Assembly: GCF_006345805.1 (NCBI RefSeq)
Contig: NC_043022.1
Coordinates: forward strand, 24,490,001 to 24,554,000
Reading direction: 5' to 3'
Source: Octopus sinensis
Lineage: Eukaryota
DNA: 64,000 nt
Made by a program: the position numbers and the translations under genes. Shown one piece after another: positions 1-11,030 of the stretch. The notes under the pieces are model-generated. The model ran no database searches. It was not told where the DNA came from and saw only the letters and a program-made list of their open reading frames with translations. Numbering within the stretch: position 1 is the first letter of the stretch; each line of letters begins with the position of its first letter.

Positions 1-138
1 CATAATAAAGCCTGTTGAAATAATCAAAGTTATAAACACGCATCTATGATAACGCAACTGCAATGAAGCATTAACAACAGCAAAGTGAATAATAAGAAAA
101 CCTCAAATGCACACAAACACACACGTATATAAATGTAT

Positions 139-169
<31 letters not shown>

Positions 170-332
170 ATAAATAGATGTCAATGGTTAAAAAGTATTC
201 AGTACTGGAAGTAGAGTAAAAATATGTTTGACTATGGTTTCACCTTTTGCATCCTGGAAAACAATATTTCCAAGGACTCCAAGGATCAATTTCTTAATAA
301 AATAGAATTTATTCTGAATTATCTCTTATATA

Positions 333-625
333 TCATCATCATCATTTAACGTCCACTTTCCATGCCAGCATGGGTTGGGCGATTTTGACTGAGGGCTAGC
401 GAGCTAGATGGCTGCACCAGTCTCCAATCTTGATCTGGCAGAGTTTCTACAGCTGGATGCCCTTCCTAATGCCAACCACTCCAAGAGTGTAGTGGGTGCT
501 TTTTACGTGTCACCGGCACGGGGGCCAGTCAGGCGGTACTGGCAATGACCTCGCTCGAATCTTTTTACACGTGCCAGCGAAGCAACGTTGGTAACGATCA
601 CGTTCGAATGGTGCCCTTGTACGTG
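333..625 (-). mobile_element. Family D retroposon copy (RTE-like 3' end with (ATG)n tail)
   Basis: catcatcatcatttaacgtcc...ggatgcccttcctaatgccaacc...gtgggtgcttttacgtg; same sequence at 5258, 34289, 34940 (inverted) and 45467. The GGTTGGC...AGGAAGGGCATCCAG motif resembles RTE-clade 3' ends (from recall). Confidence 0.75.
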
Positions 626-627
626 CC

Positions 628-659
<32 letters not shown>

Positions 660-821
660 CCTCTTTTGTCTCTCTCTCTCTCTCTCTTTCTCTTTTGCAC
701 ATACATGAGGGCTCTTTATTCAATACTGTTCCTTACTGGAGATTGGCAACAGGGAAAAAGCAATGCAACTACCAAGAACTCGCAATAACACACACATTCA
801 TCAGAATGATGGCTGTATTGC

Positions 822-966
822 TCAACTGGTACTTATTTAATCAAACCCTAAAGGATTAAAGAGAAAGTCGAGCTGAGTGGAATTTGAACTCAGAACGTAA
901 AGAAGGATGAAATGCTGCTAAGCATTTTGGTCGGCTTGCTAACGATTCTGCCAACTCGCCACCTTA
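822..966 (-). mobile_element. Family C SINE, degenerate 5' part
   Basis: aactggtacttattt...ggaatttgaactcagaacgt...ctgccaactcgccacctt matches the intact copy at 3945-4179. Confidence 0.8.
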
Positions 967-977
967 ATAATAACAAT

Positions 978-1238
978 GAGAAGAAGAAGAAGAAGATGAT
1001 GATGATGATGATGAAGATGAAGAAGAAGACAAAGAAAAAGACGATGAAGAAGACAAAGAAAAAGACGTTGAAGAAGAAGAAGAAGAAGAAGAAGAAAAGA
1101 AGAAGACGATGATGAAGAAGACAAAGACGAAGAAGACAAAGAAAAAGACGATGAAGAAGACAAAGAAGAAGATGATGAAGATGATGAAGAAAAAGAAAAA
1201 GACGATGAAGAAGAAGAAGAAGAAGAAGAAGAAGAAAA
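978..1238 (+). repeat. Compound (GAA/GAT/GAC) trinucleotide array
   Basis: Direct reading; source of the K/E/S/L-rich ORFs at 912-1163. Confidence 0.95.
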
Positions 1239-1589
1239 TTAAAAAGCCTCCACTAATGTTTTGTATAAGAAGTCATTGAATGTGTGTTAGCAACAGTAAA
1301 GGATTGAGTTAGCAACAGAAAGAGAGAGAGAAAGAGAGAGAGAGAACAGAAGCAGAAGAGTATTAAACATGTAAGAATGAAATAATGAGTTTTTTTTTGT
1401 GTGTGTGTAGCACAACAACAACAACAACATCAGATTGATGTGAATGATGTGAGGAGTTAGCAACAACAACTGATGCTAGTAATGCTAAACAGATTTTCCT
1501 TAAACTCCACAATAAATCAATAAATGTAAATGCGTTGGACGTACACATACACACGGGGGTGTGTATGCGAAATACATGCATGTGCAAAT

Positions 1590-1593
<4 letters not shown>

Positions 1594-1629
<36 letters not shown>

Positions 1630-1648
1630 ACACACACACACACACACT
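1594..1648. repeat. (CA)n microsatellite
   Basis: Direct reading. Confidence 0.95.
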
Positions 1649-1755
1649 TTCCCATAAAAGATGAAGCAATAGTTTTATGATAATTCTGAATTTCCACTAA
1701 GGTTTCTTTTTGTCTTGTTACTGTTTGTTGTAACTAATTTAATTAAAAGAAGAAA

Positions 1756-1790
<35 letters not shown>

Positions 1791-1830
1791 TAACAATAAT
1801 AATAATAAAAATAATAAGAAGAAAAAAATA

Positions 1831-1867
<37 letters not shown>

Positions 1868-1906
1868 TAATAATAATAATAAAAATAATAATAATAATAA
1901 AAATAA

Positions 1907-1958
<52 letters not shown>

Positions 1959-2003
1959 TAAAAAATAATAATAATAATAATAATAACAATAATAATAATA
2001 ATA
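1756..2003. repeat. (AAT)n microsatellite with AAAAAT interruptions
   Basis: Direct reading. Confidence 0.95.
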
Positions 2004-2384
2004 AAAAAAAAGCTAGGCACTGCCATAAAAGGTCAGTTAAGTTTATTCAGTAACTAGTTTAGTAGACTAACAAGCTCAGCTATGAAATTACTTGCAATAT
2101 GGTTACAACAACAAGAAACAAAGCAACGGAAGATCAGAACCCACAATAGAACAGAATGGAATAGACTATAGACTGTTAATCACACTAAAACATTGGATGT
2201 TGTCTTCCCTCTGGTGTGTGTGTGCGGGTGTAAGTAGTGAAAACAGACAAATGATGTCTGTCTGTCTGTCTGTCTTTCTGTGATAGATGACAGTAGTGGT
2301 TATATGTAGGGGTAGGAGGTGGCGAAGATTCTATGGAGAGACAGAGAGAGGTAGAGAGAACGGAAAATATGGTGATGTGGTCAG

Positions 2385-2805
2385 TGATGATGATGATGAT
2401 GATGATGATGGTCTCTCGATACTGAAGACAGGATAATAACTGGTTCACTGGACAATGGTTTGGTAACATTGCAAATAATCACCATCACCATTAGCATTGC
2501 AGACATCACGGTTAATACTGATTGCTGCTTTGGCACTGGTGATGATGATGATGATGATGATGATGGTGATGATGATGGAGACTGATTGTGGAGACAATAA
2601 TTATGATGATGGTGAAACTGCAATGATGATGATAATGATGATGATGACAGGAATGGTGGTGTTGATGGTGGTGGTGACAACATGATGATGATAGTGATGA
2701 CAATATTGGTAATGATGGTGGAGACAGTAATGGAAATTGTAATGAACCGATGATGATGATGATGATGGTGATGATGGTGATGGTGATGGTGGTGGTGGTG
2801 GGTGA
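2385..2805. repeat. (GAT/GGT)n low-complexity region
   Basis: Direct reading; explains the His/Met-rich ORFs. Confidence 0.9.
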
Positions 2806-3029
2806 CAACAATAAAAATAAAAGACTTAGTAAAAGAAGCAATTAGAGAACAGTATCATTAAAACCATTAAAACTTCTTTCTCTATTGCCACTGCCATACC
2901 ATTTTATTTATGTTTCTGGAAGAGTCTAGATGAGAGACAGACAGACACCCCCCCACACACACACACAGAGTGTTTCAACCTATTATTACATACAGTCAGA
3001 ACATCACACCGTAGTCTCTCTTTTTAGTT

Positions 3030-3230
3030 TGGGTAATGGAGACCCCTGGATAGCTCCGATCAAAGTTGGTCCAGCCATGACTGTCCTGTCCTCCTCTTCG
3101 ATATGGCATCACTAGAACTGCCATCATCCGATGTATCCTTCCTGAGGACATCAAACTGTGATTTGAGGGAGATTTGGTTGCTATTCCTACCTAGCAGGTC
3201 AATCAACTACACAGAAGTTCCCTTGTAAGG
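3030..3230 (-). mobile_element. Family I old retroposon fragment
   Basis: gtgatttgagggagatttggttgctatt...agcaggtc block recurs at about 23150, 24210, 33440, 45850, 48040 and 57820, and inverted at 28700, 58980 and 61160. Confidence 0.6.
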
Positions 3231-3244
3231 TTTTAGTTTTTTTA

Positions 3245-3639
3245 TTTATTTGTTTCTGTCATTGGATGGTGACCATGCTGGGGCACTGCCTTGAAGGGTT
3301 TTAGCCAAACAAATCCACGACAGCACATTTTTTTTTCAAAGCCTGATGCTTATTTTATGAAGTCACATTTGCTGAACTGCTAAGTTATGGGAACATAAAC
3401 AGACCAACACTGGTTGTCAAGCATTGAGGATGGAGGAGACAGACACAAACACACATACACGGATATATACATACATGGCAGGCTTCTTTCAGTTTCTGTT
3501 TAACAAATCCACTCACAAGGTTTCAGTTGGCCCAAAGTTATAGTAGAAGGCACTTACTGAAGGTGCCACACAGTGGGACTGAACCCAGAACCATATGGTT
3601 GGAAAGCAGACCTCTTACCACACAGCCAAAACCTGTACC
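3245..3639 (-). mobile_element. Family A SINE, full-length diverged copy
   Basis: Reverse complement of the 8007-8391 copy, from tail gtcatt...ccatgctggggcactgcc to head cacagcc...cctgtacc. Confidence 0.85.
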
Positions 3640-3944
3640 TAAGCTTCTGGAGAATTTTCTTGTCTTTCTTATTTTAAAATGAAAATTGGTAAATGGAAAA
3701 TAAGAACATTGTGTTGACAGCGGAAGTATGTGGTGGGAAGCGGGGTTCCAGACATGAGGTTGGGTCTGAAGTTTCAACACAACAAACTGATGCTAGTATG
3801 AAACACCATGCACATGAATGAGGCTGATAATGATAGTGGTAACAATAATGATGCTGATATTGGTGGTGGTGGTGGTGGTAGGTAATGAGGATGATGATAT
3901 GTGTTATCACCACCAGGTATCTAGAGGCCTAAATGACATCTTTC

Positions 3945-4179
3945 TTATTTCTTTACTACCCACAAGGGGCTAAACACAGAGGGGACAAACAAGGAGAGAC
4001 AAACGGATTAAGTCGATTACATCGACCCCAGTGCGTAACTGGTACTTATTTAATCGACCCCGAAAGGATGAAAGGCAAAGTCGACCTCAGCGGAATTTGA
4101 ACTCAGAACGTAAAGTCAGACGAAATACCGCTAAGCATTTCGCCCGGCATGCTAACGTTTCTGCCAGCTCGCCGCCTTT
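3945..4179 (-). mobile_element. Family C SINE, full-length young copy with 14-bp TSD
   Basis: Minus strand has A-box-like TGGCAGAAACG and B-box GAGTTCAAATTCC; flanked by aaatgacatctttc (3931-3944) and aaatggcatctttc (4180-4193). Confidence 0.92.
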
Positions 4180-4284
4180 AAATGGCATCTTTCTGCTGCA
4201 ACAGTGATCACTAGTTACCAACATATAAAGGACTTGTAGCTTCCGCTAGATAATCTAAAGTTTGCTGCTCAAATTAACAAAGGT

Positions 4285-4795
4285 GCCTGTACGTGGTCAC
4301 TTAGCCTGTTAGAAATAGTTATCAAATACTACTCAAACTACATTCCACTACTGTTAAAAAAGAACAACAAAAAACATTGGATAATGTAATCATACATGTA
4401 CCAACAGATTTCTTTTTTTTTTTTTGTTCCTTCTCAAGCCATACCTGGCTCATAAGGGCCGGTTTCCCGGTTTCTTGGCGTATAGGTTCCCCACCTGGAC
4501 GGGACGCTGGTCCATCGCAGGTGAGCTGCAAGATGCAGGAGGAAAGAGTGAGAGAAGGTTGTGGCGAAAGAGTCAGCAGAAGTTTCGCCATTACATTCTG
4601 CCGGAGCCGCGTGGAGCTTAGGTGTTTCGCTCATAAACACACACATCGCCCGGTCTGAGATTCGAACCCATGATCCCTCGACCGTGTGTCCGCTGCTCTA
4701 ACCACTAGGCCATGTGCCTCCACACCAACAGATTGTCATGGTAGGAATGTCTTTGGTGATAAATCTGGTCAACCAGACCTGACTGTAGGCTAAAC
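4285..4795 (+). mobile_element. Family I fragment split by a family B SINE
   Basis: gtggtcacttagcctgttagaaatag...cattggataatgtaatc (4290-4395) continues after 4734 as ggtaggaatgtctttg...gactgtaggctaaac. Confidence 0.6.
4411..4723 (-). mobile_element. Family B SINE (tRNA-Arg-like head), full-length, poly-A tail, 11-bp TSD
   Basis: Minus strand GTGGAGGCACATGGCCTAGTGGTTAGAGCAGCGG...GGTTCGAATCTC carries A and B boxes; ACCAACAGATT at 4400-4410 and 4724-4734. Confidence 0.92.
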
Positions 4796-4898
4796 ACTGG
4801 CTTATGAATAAAAGGGATACTGAAATGGTACCTTGTATAGACCTCAGCTATACGTACAGCTGCTGACAAGTTCTTTCACTGCAAGCAAAAGTTATGGT

Positions 4899-5024
4899 AT
4901 TAAAACAGCTTGTTAAACCAATATATAGGAGTTAAGCCTGTTAAACCAGGCTGTAGGAGTTAGCATATTAAAACAACCTGTTAAACCAATATGTAAGAAT
5001 TAACATATTAAAACAGCCTGTTAA
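4899..5024. repeat. Degenerate minisatellite (ttaaaacagcctgttaaacc-like units)
   Basis: Four to five imperfect repeats ending at the TTAA of the following MITE. Confidence 0.6.
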
Positions 5025-5235
5025 CCCTTTAACATTCAGATTACACTTGTCAAATGTTATGCATATTTATCCACCTTGTTTTGAATTAATTATACATTAT
5101 CTTGTGGCTTCAAGATTTCAATGACATGATCAGTTTACTTTTTAGAATTTTATTGAAGGGTAGGAGTGAGAGGCTGAACTTGGGTGGCTTGAACATAAAG
5201 CAGGTAGAATATTTGGTCTTGACAAGGCTGGTTTT
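5021..5235 (+). mobile_element. Family F MITE (TTAA/CCCTTT termini), right end decayed
   Basis: ttaaccctttaacattcagattac...; internal sequence matches 24568-24796 and 43124-43342. Confidence 0.75.
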
Positions 5236-5257
5236 GTTTCCCTTCTAGCATCAGCCA

Positions 5258-5590
5258 CATTCATCATCATCATCATCATTTAGCGTCCGTTTTCCATGCT
5301 AGCATGGGTTGGACGGTTCAACTGGGGTCTGTGAAGCCGGAAGGCTGCATCAGGCCCAGTCAGATCTGGCAGTGTTTCTACGGCTGGATGCCCTTCCTAA
5401 CGCCAACCACTCCGTGAGTGTAGTGGGTGCTTTTTACGTGCCACCCGCACGGGTGCCAGACGGAGCTGGCAAACGACCACGAACGGATGGTGCTTTTACG
5501 TTTATGTGCCACCGGCACAGGTATCACAACTACAATTTCTATTGATTTTCGATGTTGATGTACTTGACTCAATAGGTCTCCTCAAGCGGT
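5258..5590 (-). mobile_element. Family D retroposon copy
   Basis: catcatcatcatttagcgtccgtttccatgctagcatgggttgg...ggatgcccttcctaacgccaacc. Confidence 0.8.
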
Positions 5591-6134
5591 GTTTCTTTAT
5601 GAGTTTCAAATTCATTTTCTGAAAAAATTATTCGTATATTTGCACAGGTGTTTTAACGACTGATTTATCTTTCCGATGCTTAACCACTTAACCAAGAATG
5701 AAGTAAAGAATACAGCAGAGATCTTCAGTTAGGTAGACTAAACATACTTTCAGAACTACATATTGCCCCACCCTCCAGCTTCTCAGATGCAATACACCTC
5801 TACCCACAACCCGTTTCTCTTCGTTTCTACAAGAAATGAAAGAGACAAAGACATATTGACATGTTTCACAATGTGTACAGTTACCGCCATGACTGTAATT
5901 TTGGTCATGCTCTACTTGGTACCATTTAGCATGGAACTCACAGCGCTTCTGTGTTTGTGCTTCTCTCTGTATGTGTGTATGCTTGTGACTGCGTCTGTCT
6001 GCTTGTGTTTATATGTGTGTGTATATGCTTGTGTTTTTGTGTGTTTACATATGTGTTTTGTATGTCAGCAAGTATATGTCCTTGTGTCTGTATGAGTATA
6101 TTTTGTATTTATGCATGTGAGATGAGTGTGTACA

Positions 6135-6359
6135 TGTGTGTGCGTGTGTGTGTATGTATGTGTGTGTGTGCGTGTGTGTGTGTGTATGTGTGTGTGTGCG
6201 TGTGTGTGTGTGTATGTGTGTGTGTGCCAGGCAACAGCTGCAGCCTAGGTGGCAGATACGGGTTAATTATCCTGTACATCAAATCTGTTGCAATAGATCA
6301 GGTGAGAGGGAGGGAGTGTGTGGGTGGGTGGGTGTATGTATGTGTGTGCATGTGTGTGG

Positions 6360-6415
<56 letters not shown>
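6135..6415. repeat. (TG)n microsatellite cluster
   Basis: Direct reading; explains the VCVC ORFs. Confidence 0.95.
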
Positions 6416-6974
6416 ATGCATGTGCTTGTAAGCCCTCTATACAACACAGAGTTTATATATGAATCATTTACTGACAAACAATTTATGGAAACTACACACA
6501 CACACACACACACAACACACACAATATGTTTGGTAAAAAAAAAACTATCTGTTCTAAAATAACGAACACAAGATTAAATCTATATGTGTGTGTATATGTG
6601 TGTGTGTATAGGAAACTGTAATACCTTAGATAGGAAATTAAACAATTAACTCGTACCAAAATAACATAGCTACAAAAAGTTTGAAGAATATCCAAAACTC
6701 TCTCTGTAGCTATGTAGGCCTATACTTACTGACTTTTCTGATATCAGCAATATACCACCAGAGTACACAACAAAGTCTAAAGTTTTCAACAGATGAGATC
6801 AGCAAGGAAATACATAATACATATTAAATTCAATAGATCACGACAATCTGTGCAGTTCAAATATTTATTCATACAACAAATCTACTCTACAACCAGATTG
6901 ATTACTGATTCTGTTGCTGTTGTTTCACCACGGGCCAGAACTGTTCCAGCTGACTTACCTGTGTTCAAAGTGAA

Positions 6975-7132
6975 CCAGCTGCGAGTTCTTTTACAGGGCT
7001 TAGAAAAACTGAAGTACCGCTGCAATGGGTGTGTGAATTTGAGAGGAGGATATGTTGAATAAAATCATAATTAACTGATTCTCCTGTATTTTCTTTTACC
7101 CAAAGCCAGGAACTTTCCAGTACCCCTTCATA
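6975..7132 (-). mobile_element. Tc1/mariner-like terminal fragment
   Basis: Minus strand starts TA-TGAAGGGGTACTGGAAAGTTCCTGGCTTT and continues ...ttttattcaacatat...ttgcagcggtacttcagtttttc, the pattern of mariner TIR and subterminal sequence (from recall). No second TIR found. Confidence 0.65.
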
Positions 7133-7379
7133 TGTGTACACACACACACACACACACACAAATGAATGAATGCAGTCCTGAAAATCTTGCTCCATCACAG
7201 AATTCTGTAACATGAAACTTGTTTTTCCACAGATATCCATGGAAGACAACAGAGTAAATCTTTTGCATTACAGAATTATACATCATGGCAGATTTTCAAG
7301 AATGTACTGCTTTCATAATACGGAGGATGCTCATATATCTAGGACTACATTATCCGATGTATCCTTCCTCCCTTTTTTT

Positions 7380-7983
7380 TTCACAGCATTAAGATTAACC
7401 TGTCTATTGCTTATTTATGCATATAATTTTGAATTAATCATGCATTGTCTTATAACTTCAAGATTCTGAAGATTTTGCGTCCCCAAAGTCCATCCCCTCC
7501 TCACCATGGTGGGGACGCTGGCAACGGGTAGTGTCAGAGCTATGCCGTCGGGAACTTCAGTTCCTGATAGGGCAACCCAAGGCGGATTGGTCTGACACCG
7601 AGTGGTATTAGGGCCACAACCCGGCAGACAAGGCTCCGGTGAAAATCTTTGGAGTGTCTGTTTCGACAACCGGTGGCTTCTCGGTCATTCTGTCCCTGCA
7701 TCTGCGGACAACCTGCGGCAAACAGGATGTCTCTACATGCGGGATTGTTGGGGACCGCTTGTGAAATCCAAATATTCCCACGAAACTTCTGCCTCGAGGG
7801 TGGTAGAAGAAGCCGACTCAACCCGCCCAGGGTGAATGTTGCCACAAGTACAAGTAAGTCTGATGAAGTGATTGCTTACTTTCAGAATATCTTAGAGCAC
7901 GTGAGAGGCCAGTCTGGACACTAAACATAAAACAGGTAGAGTATTTGAACTGGATACGGCTGGTTTAAATGCTAAAGGATTAA
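7380..7983 (+). mobile_element. Family F MITE interrupted by a ~380 bp insertion
   Basis: 7385-7476 matches the MITE left half (ttttgaattaatcatgcattgtctt...cttcaagatt); 7856-7983 matches the right half, ending tttaaatgctaaaggattaa. Confidence 0.7.
7477..7855 (+). mobile_element. GC-rich structured insertion, probable short non-LTR retroposon with HDV-like 5' fold
   Basis: Sharp GC rise inside an AT-rich MITE; helices 7477-7484/7511-7518 and 7531-7538/7591-7598; ends in tandem ACAAGT ACAAGT. No ORF with recognisable homology. Confidence 0.55.
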
Positions 7984-8006
7984 GAGATATTTGGCTCCTA
8001 TTCCCA

Positions 8007-8391
8007 GGCGCAGGAGTGGCTGTGTGGTAAGTAGCTTGCTAACCAACCACATGGTTCCGGGTTCAGTCCCACTGCGTGGCATCTTGGGCAAGTGTCTTCT
8101 GCTATAGCCTCGGGCCGACCAATGCCTTGTGAGTGGATTTGGTAGACAGAAACTGAAAGAAGCCTGTCGTATATATGTATATGTGTGTGTTTGTGTTTGT
8201 CCCCCTAGCATTGCTTGACAACCGATGCTGGTGTGTTTATGTCGCCGTCACTTAGCGGTTCGGCAAAAGAGACCGATAGAATAAGTACTGGGCTTACAAA
8301 GAATAAGTCCCGGGGTCGATTTACACGACAAAAGGCGGTGCTCCAGCATGGCCGCAGTCAAATGACTGAAACAAGTAAAAGATTAAAAGAG
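8007..8391 (+). mobile_element. Family A SINE, full-length young copy (tRNA-like head, CORE-like block)
   Basis: GGCGCAGGAGTGGCTGTGTGGTAAG...GGTTCAGTCCC (A/B boxes); gcatcttgggcaagtgtc resembles the CORE-SINE core; internal TA/TG microsatellite; tail gactgaaacaagtaaaaga. May correspond to a described octopus family (OR1/OR2/OK) but cannot be assigned here. Confidence 0.92.
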
Positions 8392-9033
8392 AGAGATCAG
8401 ATCGCCATGTTATGGATCTTCCTTGGTTCAAAAGTTACATGTACATTGTTGCTGTTGCTTAGTACCGATCAATCTAAAGGTTATCCAGCTGTGATCATCC
8501 CATTTGTTTTTAAAGGCTGTGAACAGCTATATTACCAGATACATCTGTTGTTTAGTTGCAATGTAGAGCTGATTGAGCACAAACTAAGAGCAAAGGCGTT
8601 CTTTCAGCTGTGACCATAGGCTTGTTCATGCTTGTTACTGGATATACTATGTACACAAAGAGAAGTGTGTCAATATAATCCAGGGCTCACTATGAAGTTA
8701 TTAGCTGACAAAATTGTGTGTGTATATTCTTCAAGAGGTTTCTGACACAGGGCTGCTTGAGATACAATATTACTCTTGGTAAGAAACAATTGTGTGTGTG
8801 ATCTACCAAGGTTCTGTAACTGATCTAGCATTTATGAAACTGCAAAGTTAACATCAGAAATGCATCTGTCTCAGCATAATAATACTCTACACCATGAGTA
8901 ATTTTTCAGTTGTTTCAGTATTTTGAAACACACACACACACACACACACATATATTTTTTCTCTCCTTTTTTTCTCTCCTTGTTTCTCTCTTTGTTTTTT
9001 CTGTGTATCTTTCTGTCGGAGAGGAAGAGCGTA

Positions 9034-9426
9034 GGTACAGGAGTGGCTGTGTGGTAAGGAGTTTGCTTTCCAGTTACATGGATCTGGGTTCAGTCCCACT
9101 GCATGGCACCTTGGGCAAGTATTTTCTATGGCAGCCTTGGGCCAACCAAAGCCTTGTGAGTGGATTTGGTAGACAGAAAGTGAAAGAAATTTATTGTGTG
9201 TGTGTATGTGTGTATACCTGTGTTTGTCCCTCATCACTGCTTGACAACCAGTGTTGATGTGTTTATGTCTCCATAACTTAGCAGTTAGGCCAAAGAGACC
9301 AAAAGATTAAGTACCAGGCTTAAAGCAATAATAAAAAAAAAATACTAGGGTCAATTGATTTTACTAAAATTCTTCAAGGCCGTGCTCCAGCATGGCCACA
9401 GATGAATGACTGAAACAAGTAAAAGA
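9034..9426 (+). mobile_element. Family A SINE
   Basis: Colinear with 8007-8391. Confidence 0.88.
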
Positions 9427-9762
9427 TATATATACACACACATGCATGTGTGTATAAATATACACTCACACATACACCTCTCTAACCTCTCTTTTGCTCA
9501 GAGTTGCCAACAGCACCTCTGTATTTACAAGGGAGGGAGGAGAGAAAAGGGGGGAGGAGAACAGGGAGCAGGGATTTTTGGGGTTTTTTTTTTTTTTGCT
9601 AGTGGAAGTAAACACTAACAAGAGGAAAGGAAGTGGAGAAGGGGTAGATAGGGAGACAGAAAGTTTATTATAAAGATATGATACCCTTGCTGCCAAGTGA
9701 GGCAACAGAGCATTAACAATAAATAAACCATGCCTCACACTCCCAGCACTACCATCCTGTTG

Positions 9763-9763
9763 T

Positions 9764-9814
<51 letters not shown>

Positions 9815-10031
9815 GAGCTTTAATAAAAGAAATAAATGGAAAGATATGTTCAAAGAAAATACATGTTGGATGATAACAAGAACCAATGTATGTGAGAGAG
9901 AGAGTGTGTGTGTGTGTGTGAGTGAGAGAGAGAGAGATTGTGTGTGAGTGTGTGTATGTGAGAGTGAGAGAGAGATTGTGTGTGTGTGAGTGAGAGATTG
10001 TGTGTGTGTATGTGTGAGTGAGAGAGAGAGA

Positions 10032-10065
<34 letters not shown>

Positions 10066-10208
10066 TTGTGTGAGTGTGTGAGAGAGAGAGAGGGATTGTG
10101 TGTGAGTGAGAGAGAGAAAGAGAGATTGTGTGTGAGTGTGTGTGTGTGTGAGTGTGTGAGAGAGAGAGAGATTGTGTGTGTGTATGTGTGAGTGAGAGAG
10201 AGAGATTT

Positions 10209-10259
<51 letters not shown>

Positions 10260-10361
10260 GTGAGTGTGTGTGTGTGAGTGAGAGAGGGAAAGAGAGAGAG
10301 ATTGTGTGTGAGTGTGTGTGTGTGTGAGTGTGTGTGAGTGTGAGAGAGAGAGAGAGAGATT

Positions 10362-10398
<37 letters not shown>

Positions 10399-10412
10399 TG
10401 TGTGTGTGTGGT
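9763..10412. repeat. (CA)n plus compound (GT/GA)n array with GATT spacers
   Basis: Direct reading; source of the 193-289 aa H/T/S/L ORFs. Confidence 0.95.
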
Positions 10413-11030
10413 GTGTGTAAGAATCCTCCAAGAATTAAATTCATTTTCCTTCCTCTCTTTTCTCGAGGAAACATTTACATCTGGAAGAGGGAAGGAGAGG
10501 AGAAATGGCTGAACAAGACTGCCAACCAAGCAGCGCGCGTGCGTGCGTGCATGTGTGTGTATCAATGTCAGATTGCTAGCAGCAGTGACAGTGAAAGAAC
10601 ACAAACTTTGCAGCAGTAACCATCATGTTTTTCTGTCAACCAGTGATGCTGTACATGTGTAGAGTACAGTCGAGTATTAGATTTGTGTGGAAGTGTTTGA
10701 ACAGGCACACACAAGTGTATAAAGTGTAATACTAAATTGACAAAGGAGAGGGTGCCTTTCTCTCCTCAACAGCTAAAAATGGCAGCCAAATTGGCCACAA
10801 ATCACACACTACCAGCTTACAATAAAGAAAGAGGAACTGACTTTGGAATTAAAATAATCCTCAAAGAAGCATGGTTGGTTCTAAATGGAACACTTTTGGT
10901 CATAATGCTGCTCAGTTTGGAACTAAAGAACAACAAAACACAATGAGACAAAGAAAGGGCCCACTCAAAAACAAAGGACACCCATTGATAAAGTAGTCCT
11001 TCATATACTGTATCCAAAGAAAAAAGAAAA

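Noticed and set aside
6959-7019. Apparent 61-nt minus-strand exon (ttgcag ... ACAG|gtaagt)
   Set aside because: The acceptor and most of the body lie in the mariner-like terminal fragment, and the peptide is unrecognisable.
7468-7650. 9-bp helix GAAGATTTT/AAAATCTTT closing the structured insert
   Set aside because: The 5' strand belongs to the host MITE, so the pairing is probably coincidental.
10737-10946. 69 aa non-repetitive plus-strand ORF with a nearby acceptor
   Set aside because: No homology recognised, no donor, and it opposes the inferred transcription direction.
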